A stretch of DNA of 26,111 nt from contig JALTLO010000027.1 in assembly GCA_027001995.1 (NCBI GenBank), positions 1 through 26,111 of the forward strand. Reading direction: 5' to 3'. Under the pieces are notes generated by a model, which had not been told where the DNA came from, ran no database searches, and was given only the letters and a program-made list of their open reading frames with translations. Both the position numbers and the translations under genes were made by a program. Shown here one piece after another: positions 17,570 to 26,111 of this stretch. Numbering within the stretch: position 1 is the first letter of the stretch; each line of letters begins with the position of its first letter. This DNA comes from Planctomycetota bacterium. GTDB lineage: Bacteria > Planctomycetota > GCA-002687715 > DRQF01.

Positions 17570-18076
17570 TTAAAAAGGCAGATTCTCGAGGCGTTCAGAG
17601 GTGACGAACATGGAGAGGAGCTGGCCGGACAGGCTGAGATAGAGGCAACCGACAAAGAAAGGCAAAGCATCCATGCCGGTGAAACCACCGACGGCAGAGA
17701 TGGCAAAAAACAGCGGCAGGTTGCAAAAGGCGGCAATCAGGATCCCTGTGGGTCCGCTGGGTTCCAAGCGCAAGCATAGGTAGCCGCAAAGAGCCCCCGT
17801 TCCAGTCATCATCAACAAGGGCCAAAATGATAGATGGGCAACAGCTCCCAAGATCATGAGGTTGCCTATGGCACCAAGGAGGATGACAAGGCGTTTGAAG
17901 CGGCGGTTGTGACTGGCGCGGATATCAAGCTCGATCCCACGCTTGTCATTCTTGGAGTTGATCTCATCTTGAAACCACTGAGGTAGTTCTTCAAAAGATG
18001 GGGGCTCAACAGCTTCCGTTGATTTCACAGCCGAAGATGGACGGGTACGATCGCTCATGACCTTGATATCGGTCAA
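17570..18076 (-). CDS. Hypothetical membrane protein (~4 TM)
   Basis: Hydrophilic N-terminus followed by four hydrophobic segments; co-oriented just downstream of the methyltransferase. Start may be ATG 18058. Confidence 0.7.
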   Translation of the reverse strand: MTDIKVMSDRTRPSSAVKSTEAVEPPSFEELPQWFQDEINSKNDKRGIELDIRASHNRRFKRLVILLGAIGNLMILGAVAHLSFWPLLMMTGTGALCGYLCLRLEPSGPTGILIAAFCNLPLFFAISAVGGFTGMDALPFFVGCLYLSLSGQLLSMFVTSERLENLPF

Positions 18077-18115
18077 TTTCTCAGTTTGCTGGAATGGTGA
18101 TCCACGGGTTAGGCT

Positions 18116-18889
18116 TCAGCTTCGCTGCAAAACAAGCTGGTAGGCATTGGCCATGAACAGGAAGAGGGGACGCTTGCTGCCTGGGACCTTGATGAAATCC
18201 AAGCGATCCAGAAATACCTCAAGCCAATGAAATCCCTTGGGAAAGAGATAGACACCTAAGACTTCCACAGGCGTAAAGCCCGCGGCCTGCGCTTGGCCTT
18301 GAAGATTTCCGGCGCTCCGCCGCACTGCGTGCTTCTGAGCCTTCCATTGACCACGCCTCCAGGCCTTGAGAGTTCCGATGAGACTGGCGGCCAAGGAATG
18401 AAAGGACCATCGATTGAGCGTAATCATGTAGGCCATAGCCCCAGGCTCGAGCACCCGACTCATTTCGCCCAAGGCCCCCCGAACTTGGCTGAGGTGCTGA
18501 AGCACCCCAACTGTCACCAGGCCGCCGAATTGCTGATCAGCAAATGGCAGAGCATTTAGGTCTGCGGCGCAGAGACGGACACCTTTGGTGATCGTGGCCG
18601 CCCGTTTGAGCATGCCCAAAGAAAAGTCAGCCCCCACGGGCTTCAGGCCTTTAGCTTGGAGGGTATCGCAATAAATACCCGTTCCGCATCCCAAGTCCAC
18701 CATCCGGCAGCCAGATTTTGGGCTGTGCCTTTCGACAGTCAGGCTGATCGCCCGCAATCGTCGTGCTAAACCATGCTCAGACCAGCCAGAAATCGTGGCA
18801 TCACTACCCCCCCGAGAGGCAAAACGATCAAACCGAGCGCGCCAATCGGCTTCAAACCCAGCGTCTGACTTTTCTTCAATTCCGGACAT
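18116..18889 (-). CDS. Class I SAM-dependent methyltransferase
   Basis: MVDLGCGTG, GADFSLGML, ADLNALPFADQQF, GVLQHL, EMSRVLEPG. Confidence 0.92.
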   Translation of the reverse strand: MSGIEEKSDAGFEADWRARFDRFASRGGSDATISGWSEHGLARRLRAISLTVERHSPKSGCRMVDLGCGTGIYCDTLQAKGLKPVGADFSLGMLKRAATITKGVRLCAADLNALPFADQQFGGLVTVGVLQHLSQVRGALGEMSRVLEPGAMAYMITLNRWSFHSLAASLIGTLKAWRRGQWKAQKHAVRRSAGNLQGQAQAAGFTPVEVLGVYLFPKGFHWLEVFLDRLDFIKVPGSKRPLFLFMANAYQLVLQRS

Positions 18890-19010
18890 GAGACTCACAT
18901 TATCTCAGAAGAATAACCGATATAGAAAAAGCACGAACGTGGCACTTAAACAGACCTGAGAGGTGACATCCCTCTAATTGTCTGACGCACAAGCACTTGG
19001 AAACAGATTC

Positions 19011-19991
19011 ATGGCTCAAGAGATAGACTTTGCAGCGCCTCAGATCAAGACCTTAGAAGCTTGGTTGCAAGGATCTGTCTCAACTATGGCCAAAACTGTT
19101 GCTTCAGACTCGGGCCACTCCATCGACATCGACATCAAGGCTCTGGGGCTGAAGGAAGAAGCAGACATTCGTGAGCTCCTTCCTTCCGACGGCATGTCTT
19201 GGGGCCTGAGTCTCGAAGAATCAGACTCCCTATTCCTCCTATTTTGCCATCGCAACCCCGCCCTGGCACTGTCGAAACCGGCGGCAGAGGAAGAAGACCT
19301 CAAAGAACGCCTGGGGGACGAAACCCCCTTCACGGACGAAGAAAAATCAGCCCTTGAAGCCATTCAAGACAAACTCGCACAAGCCTTCATCCAAGCAAGT
19401 GCAACAGAGTGCGAAGGAAAGGCCAGCCCCGCCTGGACTGATTTTCTCCTTGCATCGGCCTGGGCGGGAGGAAAAGACCCTATCGGATCAGACCCCCTTT
19501 TAGTGGCTGAAGGCGAAATGAAGGTTGGCAGTGGGGAGGCAGACAAATTCCTCATCTTAATGGCTGCTGACCTCATTCGAGACAAATTCCCCAAGGCTCT
19601 GGAGACAAAGGAGACAGAAGAAAGCTCTGGCGGTGATGAGAATTTTCTTTTCTTCCCCGCATCCAGCGCCCTAAAAGACAACGTCTTGGCCCAACTGGGA
19701 ACAAGCACTCAAGAATGTGAAACTTTGGCAGAACTCATGCGAGGTTTCTTGGATGAGGGAACCCATGGTGCCGTCATCTGCGTCGGAAAGGGTGAAGAAC
19801 ATATTCTGTCTTTGCTGCGTGGCATAAAAGAGCTGCCAAACTGCCAGACAAAACCCATCGTTGTGGTTCTGGAAGATCCAACAACCATCAATGTGGTGCG
19901 CTGTGGCCGCTTGGGACTTTTCTCTGTCCTACCCCCGGAGTTTAGCCAGGATGAGTTCTTGGCCCGTGTTGCATCAACATCGGACGTCTAA
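19011..19991 (+). CDS. CheC/FliM-middle-like domain fused to a degenerate receiver-like domain
   Basis: N-terminus resembles the CheC/FliY fold (PFTDEEKSALEAIQDKLAQAF, LLVAEGEMKVG). C-terminus resembles a receiver (LLRGIKELPNCQTKPIVVV...LGLFSVLPPEFSQDEFLARV). Start is 19011 or TTG 18978. Confidence 0.6.
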   Translation: MAQEIDFAAPQIKTLEAWLQGSVSTMAKTVASDSGHSIDIDIKALGLKEEADIRELLPSDGMSWGLSLEESDSLFLLFCHRNPALALSKPAAEEEDLKERLGDETPFTDEEKSALEAIQDKLAQAFIQASATECEGKASPAWTDFLLASAWAGGKDPIGSDPLLVAEGEMKVGSGEADKFLILMAADLIRDKFPKALETKETEESSGGDENFLFFPASSALKDNVLAQLGTSTQECETLAELMRGFLDEGTHGAVICVGKGEEHILSLLRGIKELPNCQTKPIVVVLEDPTTINVVRCGRLGLFSVLPPEFSQDEFLARVASTSDV

Positions 19992-20002
19992 GCCAGGTGA
20001 GC

Positions 20003-20383
20003 TCAATCGTCTTGGATCACTTCAACAATCCGAACTCCATAGCGGTCTTTAACCACAACAATCTCGCCTCGAGCAATCAGCTTGTCGCCAATCACAAGAT
20101 CAATGGGTTCTCCCGCATTGCGCTCGAGATCGACGATCGACCCAGGCACCAAATCAATCACATCCGAGATCGTCTTGTGCACAATGCCAATTCTCGCTGT
20201 CATCGGCACCCTGACATCCATAACCCGACCAAGATTGTCTGGGGAAGCCCCTGGGGTGACTTGGGCAGCAGCAGCAAAGTCTTCCAGTTCAATGGGAGCG
20301 ACCTCTGCTCCTTGAGTTTCTTCACCAGTTTCGCCTTGGGATTCTGCCGTTGTGTCTTCTACATCTGCGGTATCTTGTGTCAT
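20003..20383 (-). CDS. fliN: Flagellar motor switch protein FliN
   Basis: SpoA domain NLGRVMDVRVPMTARIG...GSIVDLERNAGEPIDLVIGDKLIARGEIVVVKDRYGVRI. ATGA overlap with fliM. Confidence 0.92.
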   Translation of the reverse strand: MTQDTADVEDTTAESQGETGEETQGAEVAPIELEDFAAAAQVTPGASPDNLGRVMDVRVPMTARIGIVHKTISDVIDLVPGSIVDLERNAGEPIDLVIGDKLIARGEIVVVKDRYGVRIVEVIQDD

Positions 20384-21378
20384 CCCCCGCTCCCCTTATT
20401 GCTTTGTTGTGCAGCCTTGTCGCTTAGTTGTTTGGCGACTTTGAAGCCCATATTTTCGTCACAGCGACCAAGAGTTCCGGAGTACTTTGGCTTTCCGCCG
20501 ATCTTGAATTCGAGAAGTTGACCGGGCTTGCTATCTAAGACAATGATGTCCCCAGGGGCCAAGTTAGCCACATCCCGAAGACTGACATCAGCTTTGCCAA
20601 TCTCAACAGAACTACCTACGACCACGTCGCAAAGAACACGCTTCAAGCCTTGCCGCTGATCCTGGGCCACTTCCACCGGCTGAACCGGAATCGACGCCGA
20701 ACGCTCGATGGCCTTGGTAAGATCAGCGATGGGCAAGAGGAATTCGAAGCTCCATTCCAAGCCACCTTCGACTTTTGTTTCGAAATTTGCTGCCAAGAAT
20801 AGTTCCGTTGGTGGAAAAGCATGCATCTGCTCTTTCGAACCAATGAATTGACGCCATGCCATGGTCAGCTGGGCCACTCCAGACATGACAGATTGGTAAG
20901 CCTCGATCACGGGATTGACGACATCCCCCACCACCCGTTGCTCAATTGCAGTGAGATCTCTTTCGAGGGCTTCGCATTCGCCGGTGCCACCGACAAGTCG
21001 GTCAATGATCGACCCCGCAGTTTTCGTACCGATGGATAAGAAGGCGGGCAAGCCAAGCTCTTTCACCCCCAGTTCGATGACGCAACAGCGATCCGAAAGT
21101 CGGTCAACAACACTCCGCATGCGAACCAAGGAGAAGTCAGCAACGACACAGGACATTTGAGATCGAAGTGTTGCGCTCAGATCGCTGGCCATCCGATCTG
21201 CGACCATACGCAAACGTACACCCATAGACTGAAGAGCCTCAGGACAGAGAACGTTGGGCTGATCGACGGCAAACTCAGTCGTCGTCGACGCCAAGTCTTC
21301 TTGCACTTGCTGTCGAGAACGAAACCGTTCGAGCAGCGCGTCAATGGCCGGAATGTCTAAGAGATCACTTGAACTCAT
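20380..21378 (-). CDS. fliM: Flagellar motor switch protein FliM (divergent)
   Basis: N-terminal LLDIPAIDALL, middle IIDRLVGGTG...RDLTAIEQRVV, C-terminal SpoA LRDVANLAPGDIIVLD...GTLGR. Confidence 0.85.
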   Translation of the reverse strand: MSSSDLLDIPAIDALLERFRSRQQVQEDLASTTTEFAVDQPNVLCPEALQSMGVRLRMVADRMASDLSATLRSQMSCVVADFSLVRMRSVVDRLSDRCCVIELGVKELGLPAFLSIGTKTAGSIIDRLVGGTGECEALERDLTAIEQRVVGDVVNPVIEAYQSVMSGVAQLTMAWRQFIGSKEQMHAFPPTELFLAANFETKVEGGLEWSFEFLLPIADLTKAIERSASIPVQPVEVAQDQRQGLKRVLCDVVVGSSVEIGKADVSLRDVANLAPGDIIVLDSKPGQLLEFKIGGKPKYSGTLGRCDENMGFKVAKQLSDKAAQQSNKGSGG

Positions 21379-21423
21379 ATTCTCTTCAATGTCCCCGATA
21401 CGGAACGTTCTCCTTCTCGCTCT

Positions 21424-21451
21424 TATATCGGGCAACGAGCAGCCCTACTGA
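21424..21451 (-). promoter_or_regulatory. Candidate sigma-28 (FliA) promoter for fliM-fliN
   Basis: TCAG-N15-CCCGATAT compared with the consensus TAAA-N15-GCCGATAA; lies 46 nt upstream of the fliM ATG. Confidence 0.5.
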
Positions 21452-21685
21452 AATCGTTTCCTCACCGATGTTTAGGAATTTTCGTGTGTCCCAATTCTCG
21501 ACACTTAGAGGGCGCTGTGTCTACGAAACGGCCAACAAACCGTGCAAAAATCGAACATAACACCCCAATGCCCCCTCAACGTCCGAATCTCGAGTGGGAG
21601 TTTTTTTCAAGAGAACACAATAGATTCAAAGGATTCACTGCCGTTTCGAAGAGATTCTGGGCTTTCCGCCCCGGCAATCACCTGC

Positions 21686-22270
21686 TCAGAGGATCTGACG
21701 GTTAACCAGCTCGCGCCGAAGAGTCTTTGCGTCACGAAAACGGACCGAAGGGATCCCGCAATTGGTTGCGGTGTCGCAGTTCACACCGTTGTCGTCAATA
21801 AAAAGCGCCCCTGCTGGCAGCACTTGGAGATAGGCAAGGAGTCGGGTGAATGCCTGTGGGTTTGGCTTCCTGAGACCCCAGTCGCAAGAAACAAAACTCC
21901 AGGGCAAGTAGCGACTCAGGCCAAGTCGCCGATCGATTTCTAGGTACCAAAGGGGGTAGTTGCTCATGATGTGCATAAAAACCCCCGCCTTTGACAACTC
22001 CACCAGCAACTCCTCCATCCCTGGCAACCAGCGATAGGCTCGAAAAGTCACGGCTTTGAAACCTTCATGGTCGAAAGACCGGCCATCAGCGAAAAAACTG
22101 TCGAGAAACTGTTGCTCTGTCCAGTGGCCCTTCTCAAATTCTGTCCAAGCCGTTGGATGCTTGGCACGCATGAGTTCTTCCAAGGACAACCCAAAGAACG
22201 CTGGCATCTCCTGATAAAACGGGTCATACACCAGGGTACTCATGACATCCACAAGAAGGACTGGTTTCAC
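21686..22270 (-). CDS. HAD-superfamily phosphatase, FMN hydrolase (plant FHY1)-like
   Basis: LLVDVMSTLVYDPFYQEMPAFFG, KHPTAWTEFEKG, SNYP, RKPNP, FIDD. GTG 22270 makes a GTGA overlap with the kinase stop. Confidence 0.85.
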   Translation of the reverse strand: MKPVLLVDVMSTLVYDPFYQEMPAFFGLSLEELMRAKHPTAWTEFEKGHWTEQQFLDSFFADGRSFDHEGFKAVTFRAYRWLPGMEELLVELSKAGVFMHIMSNYPLWYLEIDRRLGLSRYLPWSFVSCDWGLRKPNPQAFTRLLAYLQVLPAGALFIDDNGVNCDTATNCGIPSVRFRDAKTLRRELVNRQIL

Positions 22271-25152
22271 TGTCGACTCCATTTCCCAAGAAGCTTCCGC
22301 GTCACACGAAAGCCAATCGACCAAGCGCTCGTCTCTTTCGAGACCGAGGCACGAAGGGCAACACGACTTCGCTCGGCTTCATTCTTAACGCTTCCACCTC
22401 GCAAGACATAGTCGTCAGGAGCGACCAAAGTATGCAAACCGTCCCCTGGAAAGAAAATCCCGTCAACAACAGGGATCCCATCTCGGGTGAACTCCCATAC
22501 ATTGCCAATCATGTTGTAGAAACCAAATTGATTGGGAGAATAGGCATCGATAGGGGCCACGCCCAAAAACCCGTCGTCCCAACTTTCACGCCCCGACCGC
22601 CGCATTTCGTCGTCCCCGAGGTTCACGCGCCCCACGAGTGATTCCCACTCTTGCCCCGATGGCCAGGGAGTGGTCGTCCCCCCTCGACAAGCATACTCCC
22701 ACTGCACATCCGTTGGCAGAACACAGCCAATTCGGCGGATAAACTGAATGACCATCTCACAGCTCATCCGAGTCAATGGCGATCGCCCAGCCCGACGAAA
22801 CTGTTCTTGAGTCACCTCCTTGCCTTCTGGGGCGATTCTGAGTTCCTCCCCGAAGGCCACTGCCCACTGGGCAATGGAAAACTCATGCTTGGCGAAGAGA
22901 AAAGGATCCAAGGAAACTTCACTCAAGGGAAGCTCTCGGCCTGTCCATCCAGGATCCACAAAGGGGGCTTCTTCGCCGAAGAAAGCTGGAGCCCTGGCAC
23001 CAACCCGAACGACACCGCCTGGAAGCAGAATGAAGATCACGGCGGACTCGGAAACGACATCGAGTTGACCGTCCTCTTTGCGCTGGGGAATGGTGCCCGT
23101 GAGAATGTCGGCAAATTCCCAAAGTTTGGTGGCCGGGTTTTCGCCCAAGGGAACCAACCCCAATTGGGGCTCCATGACCAGACCACCATACATGGCCGAT
23201 TCGCGAATGGACTGAATAGCTTGCTGCCACTCCTTCTTGTGGTCCACGATACTACGTTGCTCTACAACCGCGCATTGTTCTCTCAGTCGCCGGACTAGGG
23301 CTTGAGGTGCAAAAGGTTCGTCTATGATCTTGAGAACGCGGATACTCCGAATGATGCGCGTGATGTTCTTGTGTTGCCATTCGGCCTCTGTGTCATCAAA
23401 CTGATATTGAAATTGCTTCAGCGTCGCCTTCTCGGTTTCTTCAATCAAGCGATCTAAGTCTGACTTTAACTTTTCGAATTGTCGCCTTTCGTCAGCAAGG
23501 TCAGATTCCCTGAGCTGTTCCACGATTGTGGCTCTTCGTTGATAAAGGTCGTTGAGTTGCTGAACGTCATCAACGTAGACTTTCCCGCGGATCTCGGCCA
23601 AAGTAACAAGCTCGGACTTCTCCTCGAGAGCCTTTCTCTGGGCCAAATAGATGGGCTCTCGATCGATGAAATTCTGCACCCGACTGAGCCAGCCGTCCAA
23701 CTGAGGAATACGATCCGGGTGAGGAGGAAAGAAGCTTGGAATCTCCCGCTCGAAATGCTGAAAACGCAGACTGTCAGACAACATTTCGTAGTTTGACAAA
23801 GCCCGCCTTGCCTCTCGGGTCTTTTCGTCGGCGCGAACCCTTTCAGTCTCGCTCTTGCGCCATAAGTCCGTGGTCACAGCCAAGGCGGAGGTCAAGACGA
23901 CAAAGACAATCACGGACAAGGCCGCCACCACAGGGTTTCGCTGAGCCCAATGACCAAGACGAATAGACCAATTTGTTGGGCGAGCCTTGATGGGCAATCG
24001 ATTCAACAAACGGTCCAAGTCGTCGGCCAATTCTGCCGCTGTGCCGTAACGCCGATTGGGGTCTAATTCCATGCAGGTGGCAATGATCACATCTAGGTCT
24101 CGGCTCACGCCGAAACCCAAACTCGATGCAGCCGGAGGGTGGCCCAAGAGAATTTTGCGATAGAGGGCTTCACGGGTGGGCGCAGAAAACGGGCGCAATA
24201 AGGTAACGCATTCATAGAGGGTAACCCCAAGGGCGTAAACATCTGTGCGGCGATCTAATCGGTGAACGTCACCTCGAATCTGCTCGGGGGCCATGTAAGC
24301 GGGTGTTCCGATCAGGTCGCCCGTCCGGGTCAGGCCCATAGCCTGGGCGTCGTCGTCATGAGCGATGCCAAAGTCAAGGATGACCGCGCGCCCCGAATCA
24401 GAAACCATGATATTTCCCGGTTTGATGTCCCGGTGGACCATGTTGACCTCGTGAGCCGTGTGCAAGGCCCGAGCTACATCACGGATAATGGAAACGTAAG
24501 CATCAACCCGAGACCGAGCTTTCGCGTTGTTGGAAGCCAAATCCTGGGTTGCTGACGTCGCCCCAAGCACCTTGTGATCTGTGTTGCTCCCTGATGTCTG
24601 TGGACCTTGGCGTTCTGACTTGAGCTTCTGCCTCAAAGACAGTCCTTCAATGTACTCCATGGCGATAAAGGGAATCCCGTCGATCGTTCCAGTTTCATAC
24701 ACGGTGCAAATCCCCGTATCATGAAGTTTGGACGCTGCTTCGGCCTCCCGGCGAAAGCGGGCGAGGTTCTTCTCCGATTTCATCGCCATGCCGCTCAAAA
24801 CCTTCAAAGCCACGAGCCTTCCTAATCGTTCATCTGTGGCCAGAAAAACCATGCCTTGACCACCCTGGCCAAGCTGTTTGTGAATCCGGTAGTCCCCCAT
24901 CTGGTCGCCGGAAAAGGAGAACTCAGGGGGCTGAACGCCAATGGTCGGCAATTCTGTCTCGCCGGGCGAGCTCTCGTCGCAAGGAGGATTCGTTTTTTTG
25001 CCGTCAATCGAGCACCATCGCTCTAAGATTTCTTCCACCTCACTGGGAAACAAGATGCAATAATCCTCACAGGAGCGCTCGACCCCAAACTCGAGATCGG
25101 CCTGATACTGTTTGGCAAACGAATTGTGCTGGTTTGAAGGTTGCATCATCAT
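22267..25152 (-). CDS. Bifunctional Ser/Thr protein kinase / formylglycine-generating-enzyme (FGE-sulfatase) domain protein
   Basis: Kinase motifs GQGGQG, VALK, HRDIKPGN, DFG, GTPAYMAPE, DVYALG; TM segment; coiled coil; FGE motifs LPTDVQWEYACRGG, NQFGFYNMIGNVWEF, VLRGGS, GFRV. Confidence 0.93.
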   Translation of the reverse strand: MMMQPSNQHNSFAKQYQADLEFGVERSCEDYCILFPSEVEEILERWCSIDGKKTNPPCDESSPGETELPTIGVQPPEFSFSGDQMGDYRIHKQLGQGGQGMVFLATDERLGRLVALKVLSGMAMKSEKNLARFRREAEAASKLHDTGICTVYETGTIDGIPFIAMEYIEGLSLRQKLKSERQGPQTSGSNTDHKVLGATSATQDLASNNAKARSRVDAYVSIIRDVARALHTAHEVNMVHRDIKPGNIMVSDSGRAVILDFGIAHDDDAQAMGLTRTGDLIGTPAYMAPEQIRGDVHRLDRRTDVYALGVTLYECVTLLRPFSAPTREALYRKILLGHPPAASSLGFGVSRDLDVIIATCMELDPNRRYGTAAELADDLDRLLNRLPIKARPTNWSIRLGHWAQRNPVVAALSVIVFVVLTSALAVTTDLWRKSETERVRADEKTREARRALSNYEMLSDSLRFQHFEREIPSFFPPHPDRIPQLDGWLSRVQNFIDREPIYLAQRKALEEKSELVTLAEIRGKVYVDDVQQLNDLYQRRATIVEQLRESDLADERRQFEKLKSDLDRLIEETEKATLKQFQYQFDDTEAEWQHKNITRIIRSIRVLKIIDEPFAPQALVRRLREQCAVVEQRSIVDHKKEWQQAIQSIRESAMYGGLVMEPQLGLVPLGENPATKLWEFADILTGTIPQRKEDGQLDVVSESAVIFILLPGGVVRVGARAPAFFGEEAPFVDPGWTGRELPLSEVSLDPFLFAKHEFSIAQWAVAFGEELRIAPEGKEVTQEQFRRAGRSPLTRMSCEMVIQFIRRIGCVLPTDVQWEYACRGGTTTPWPSGQEWESLVGRVNLGDDEMRRSGRESWDDGFLGVAPIDAYSPNQFGFYNMIGNVWEFTRDGIPVVDGIFFPGDGLHTLVAPDDYVLRGGSVKNEAERSRVALRASVSKETSAWSIGFRVTRKLLGKWSRQ

Positions 25153-25390
25153 GACCCAAAACAGTTTAGCACTTATTGGCAATGCCTAAGCCATCACCAA
25201 GGAAACCCAACTGATTACCAATCGCCATAGTCTCAAATCGTCCAGAATCCTCTTTGACCAAACGGTTTGTCGTGTTGAATAAATATGCAAAGTCGATCGC
25301 AAAAAAGAACCCTGTCCTTGAGTAAGAGAAATGTTTAATCTCTGTCATCGCCCAAACCCAATTGCCGCCGAAAATCAGATCGTTCAAATC

Positions 25391-26111
25391 ATGCATTTCA
25401 AAGCTGCCATCTTTTGTTTCCTCTTCATTGCTACTCTCGGGCTCTCGGCCCATGGGCAAGTGGTCCGTGTGGCGCCAAGTGCAACCTACCCTGGAATCCA
25501 AGATGCCGTCAACGCTTCAGCCAATGGTGACATCGTCGAAGTGCCCCCAGGAAATTGGGTACTTCCGTTTCCCCTCGACTTTCAACTCAAAAACCTGACA
25601 TTGCGATCTCAAGCCGGCGCCGATGTCACCACTTTGTCTGGTCTCACATCCAAGATATCGATGTCCGGTGGACAGGATTCATCGACTCTCATCCAGGGGT
25701 TCACTTTCACTGGAAGTGTCGGCCCGGCTTTTGGTGGAGCCGTTCTGCTCATTGTAGCCAGCCCAACATTCTTAGAGTGCAAGTTCAACAACAACATTCG
25801 ACTCGATATCCACGACGGACATGGAGCCGCGGTTGCTTCCTACTTCTCTTCGCCCATTTTCTTGAACTGCGAATTCAACAACAACAAAGCAGGTCAAGGC
25901 CGGGTCGAGAATGTCGGTGATTTCTACACTAACTATGGCGGCCATGGTGGAGCCGTCTTCCTGGCCAATTCGTCGGCAGATTTCTTCGATTGCAAATTCT
26001 TCAACAACAGGGCTGGCCGTGGTGGATTGGGGTCTCCGGAAACCTCCATGGACCCAGCAGGACCCGGTGGGTTTGGCGGCGACGGTGGCGCCATTTACGC
26101 TGAGAATACAA
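25391..26111 (+). CDS. Secreted right-handed beta-helix protein with GGA(I/V)/FxxN repeats (partial, runs off the window)
   Basis: Absent from the ORF track because no stop is reached. MHFKAAIFCFLFIATLGLSAHG signal peptide, YPGIQDAVNASANGDIVEVPPG, then repeats GGAV..CKFNNN, GAAV..CEFNNN, GGAV..CKFFNN, GGAIY. Confidence 0.88.
   Translation, partial: MHFKAAIFCFLFIATLGLSAHGQVVRVAPSATYPGIQDAVNASANGDIVEVPPGNWVLPFPLDFQLKNLTLRSQAGADVTTLSGLTSKISMSGGQDSSTLIQGFTFTGSVGPAFGGAVLLIVASPTFLECKFNNNIRLDIHDGHGAAVASYFSSPIFLNCEFNNNKAGQGRVENVGDFYTNYGGHGGAVFLANSSADFFDCKFFNNRAGRGGLGSPETSMDPAGPGGFGGDGGAIYAENT

Noticed and set aside
1..26111. CRISPR arrays, tRNA/rRNA (including tRNA-Sec), transposases, and the many antisense or overlapping short ORFs
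   Set aside because: No regularly spaced repeats, cloverleafs or transposase motifs seen by eye; the short ORFs are shadows of well-supported genes.

Overview
Bacterial chromosomal window. The gene types (Ser/Thr kinase-FGE fusion, membrane-anchored ECF sigma factor, HEAT-vWA and LRR proteins) suggest Planctomycetota; this is inference. In order it holds: a GT2 glycosyltransferase and a GNAT; a ~1.1 kb hairpin-dense non-coding stretch; two small ORFs; a translationally coupled five-gene glycan operon (GT2-methyltransferase fusion, DegT aminotransferase, PglC-like transferase, PglF-like dehydratase, glycoside-hydrolase-like protein); an ECF sigma/LRR pair; a HEAT-vWA protein; an ECF sigma-TM-beta-sandwich fusion; a methyltransferase; a CheC-like/pseudo-receiver gene convergent with isolated fliM-fliN; a kinase-FGE gene coupled to an FMN-hydrolase-like HAD; and the start of a beta-helix protein. 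The main finding is that three short same-frame ORFs (3580-3792, 3823-4143, 4150-4635) form one 351-aa reading frame interrupted only by two TGA codons. Both TGAs fall at catalytic-Cys positions (thioredoxin-like VPG-U-KG-C and MsrA-like FGMS-U-YWVGE) and each is followed by a SECIS-like hairpin. This points to an exported thioredoxin/MsrA-like fusion with two selenocysteines. All family assignments come from reading motifs by eye; no searches were run.
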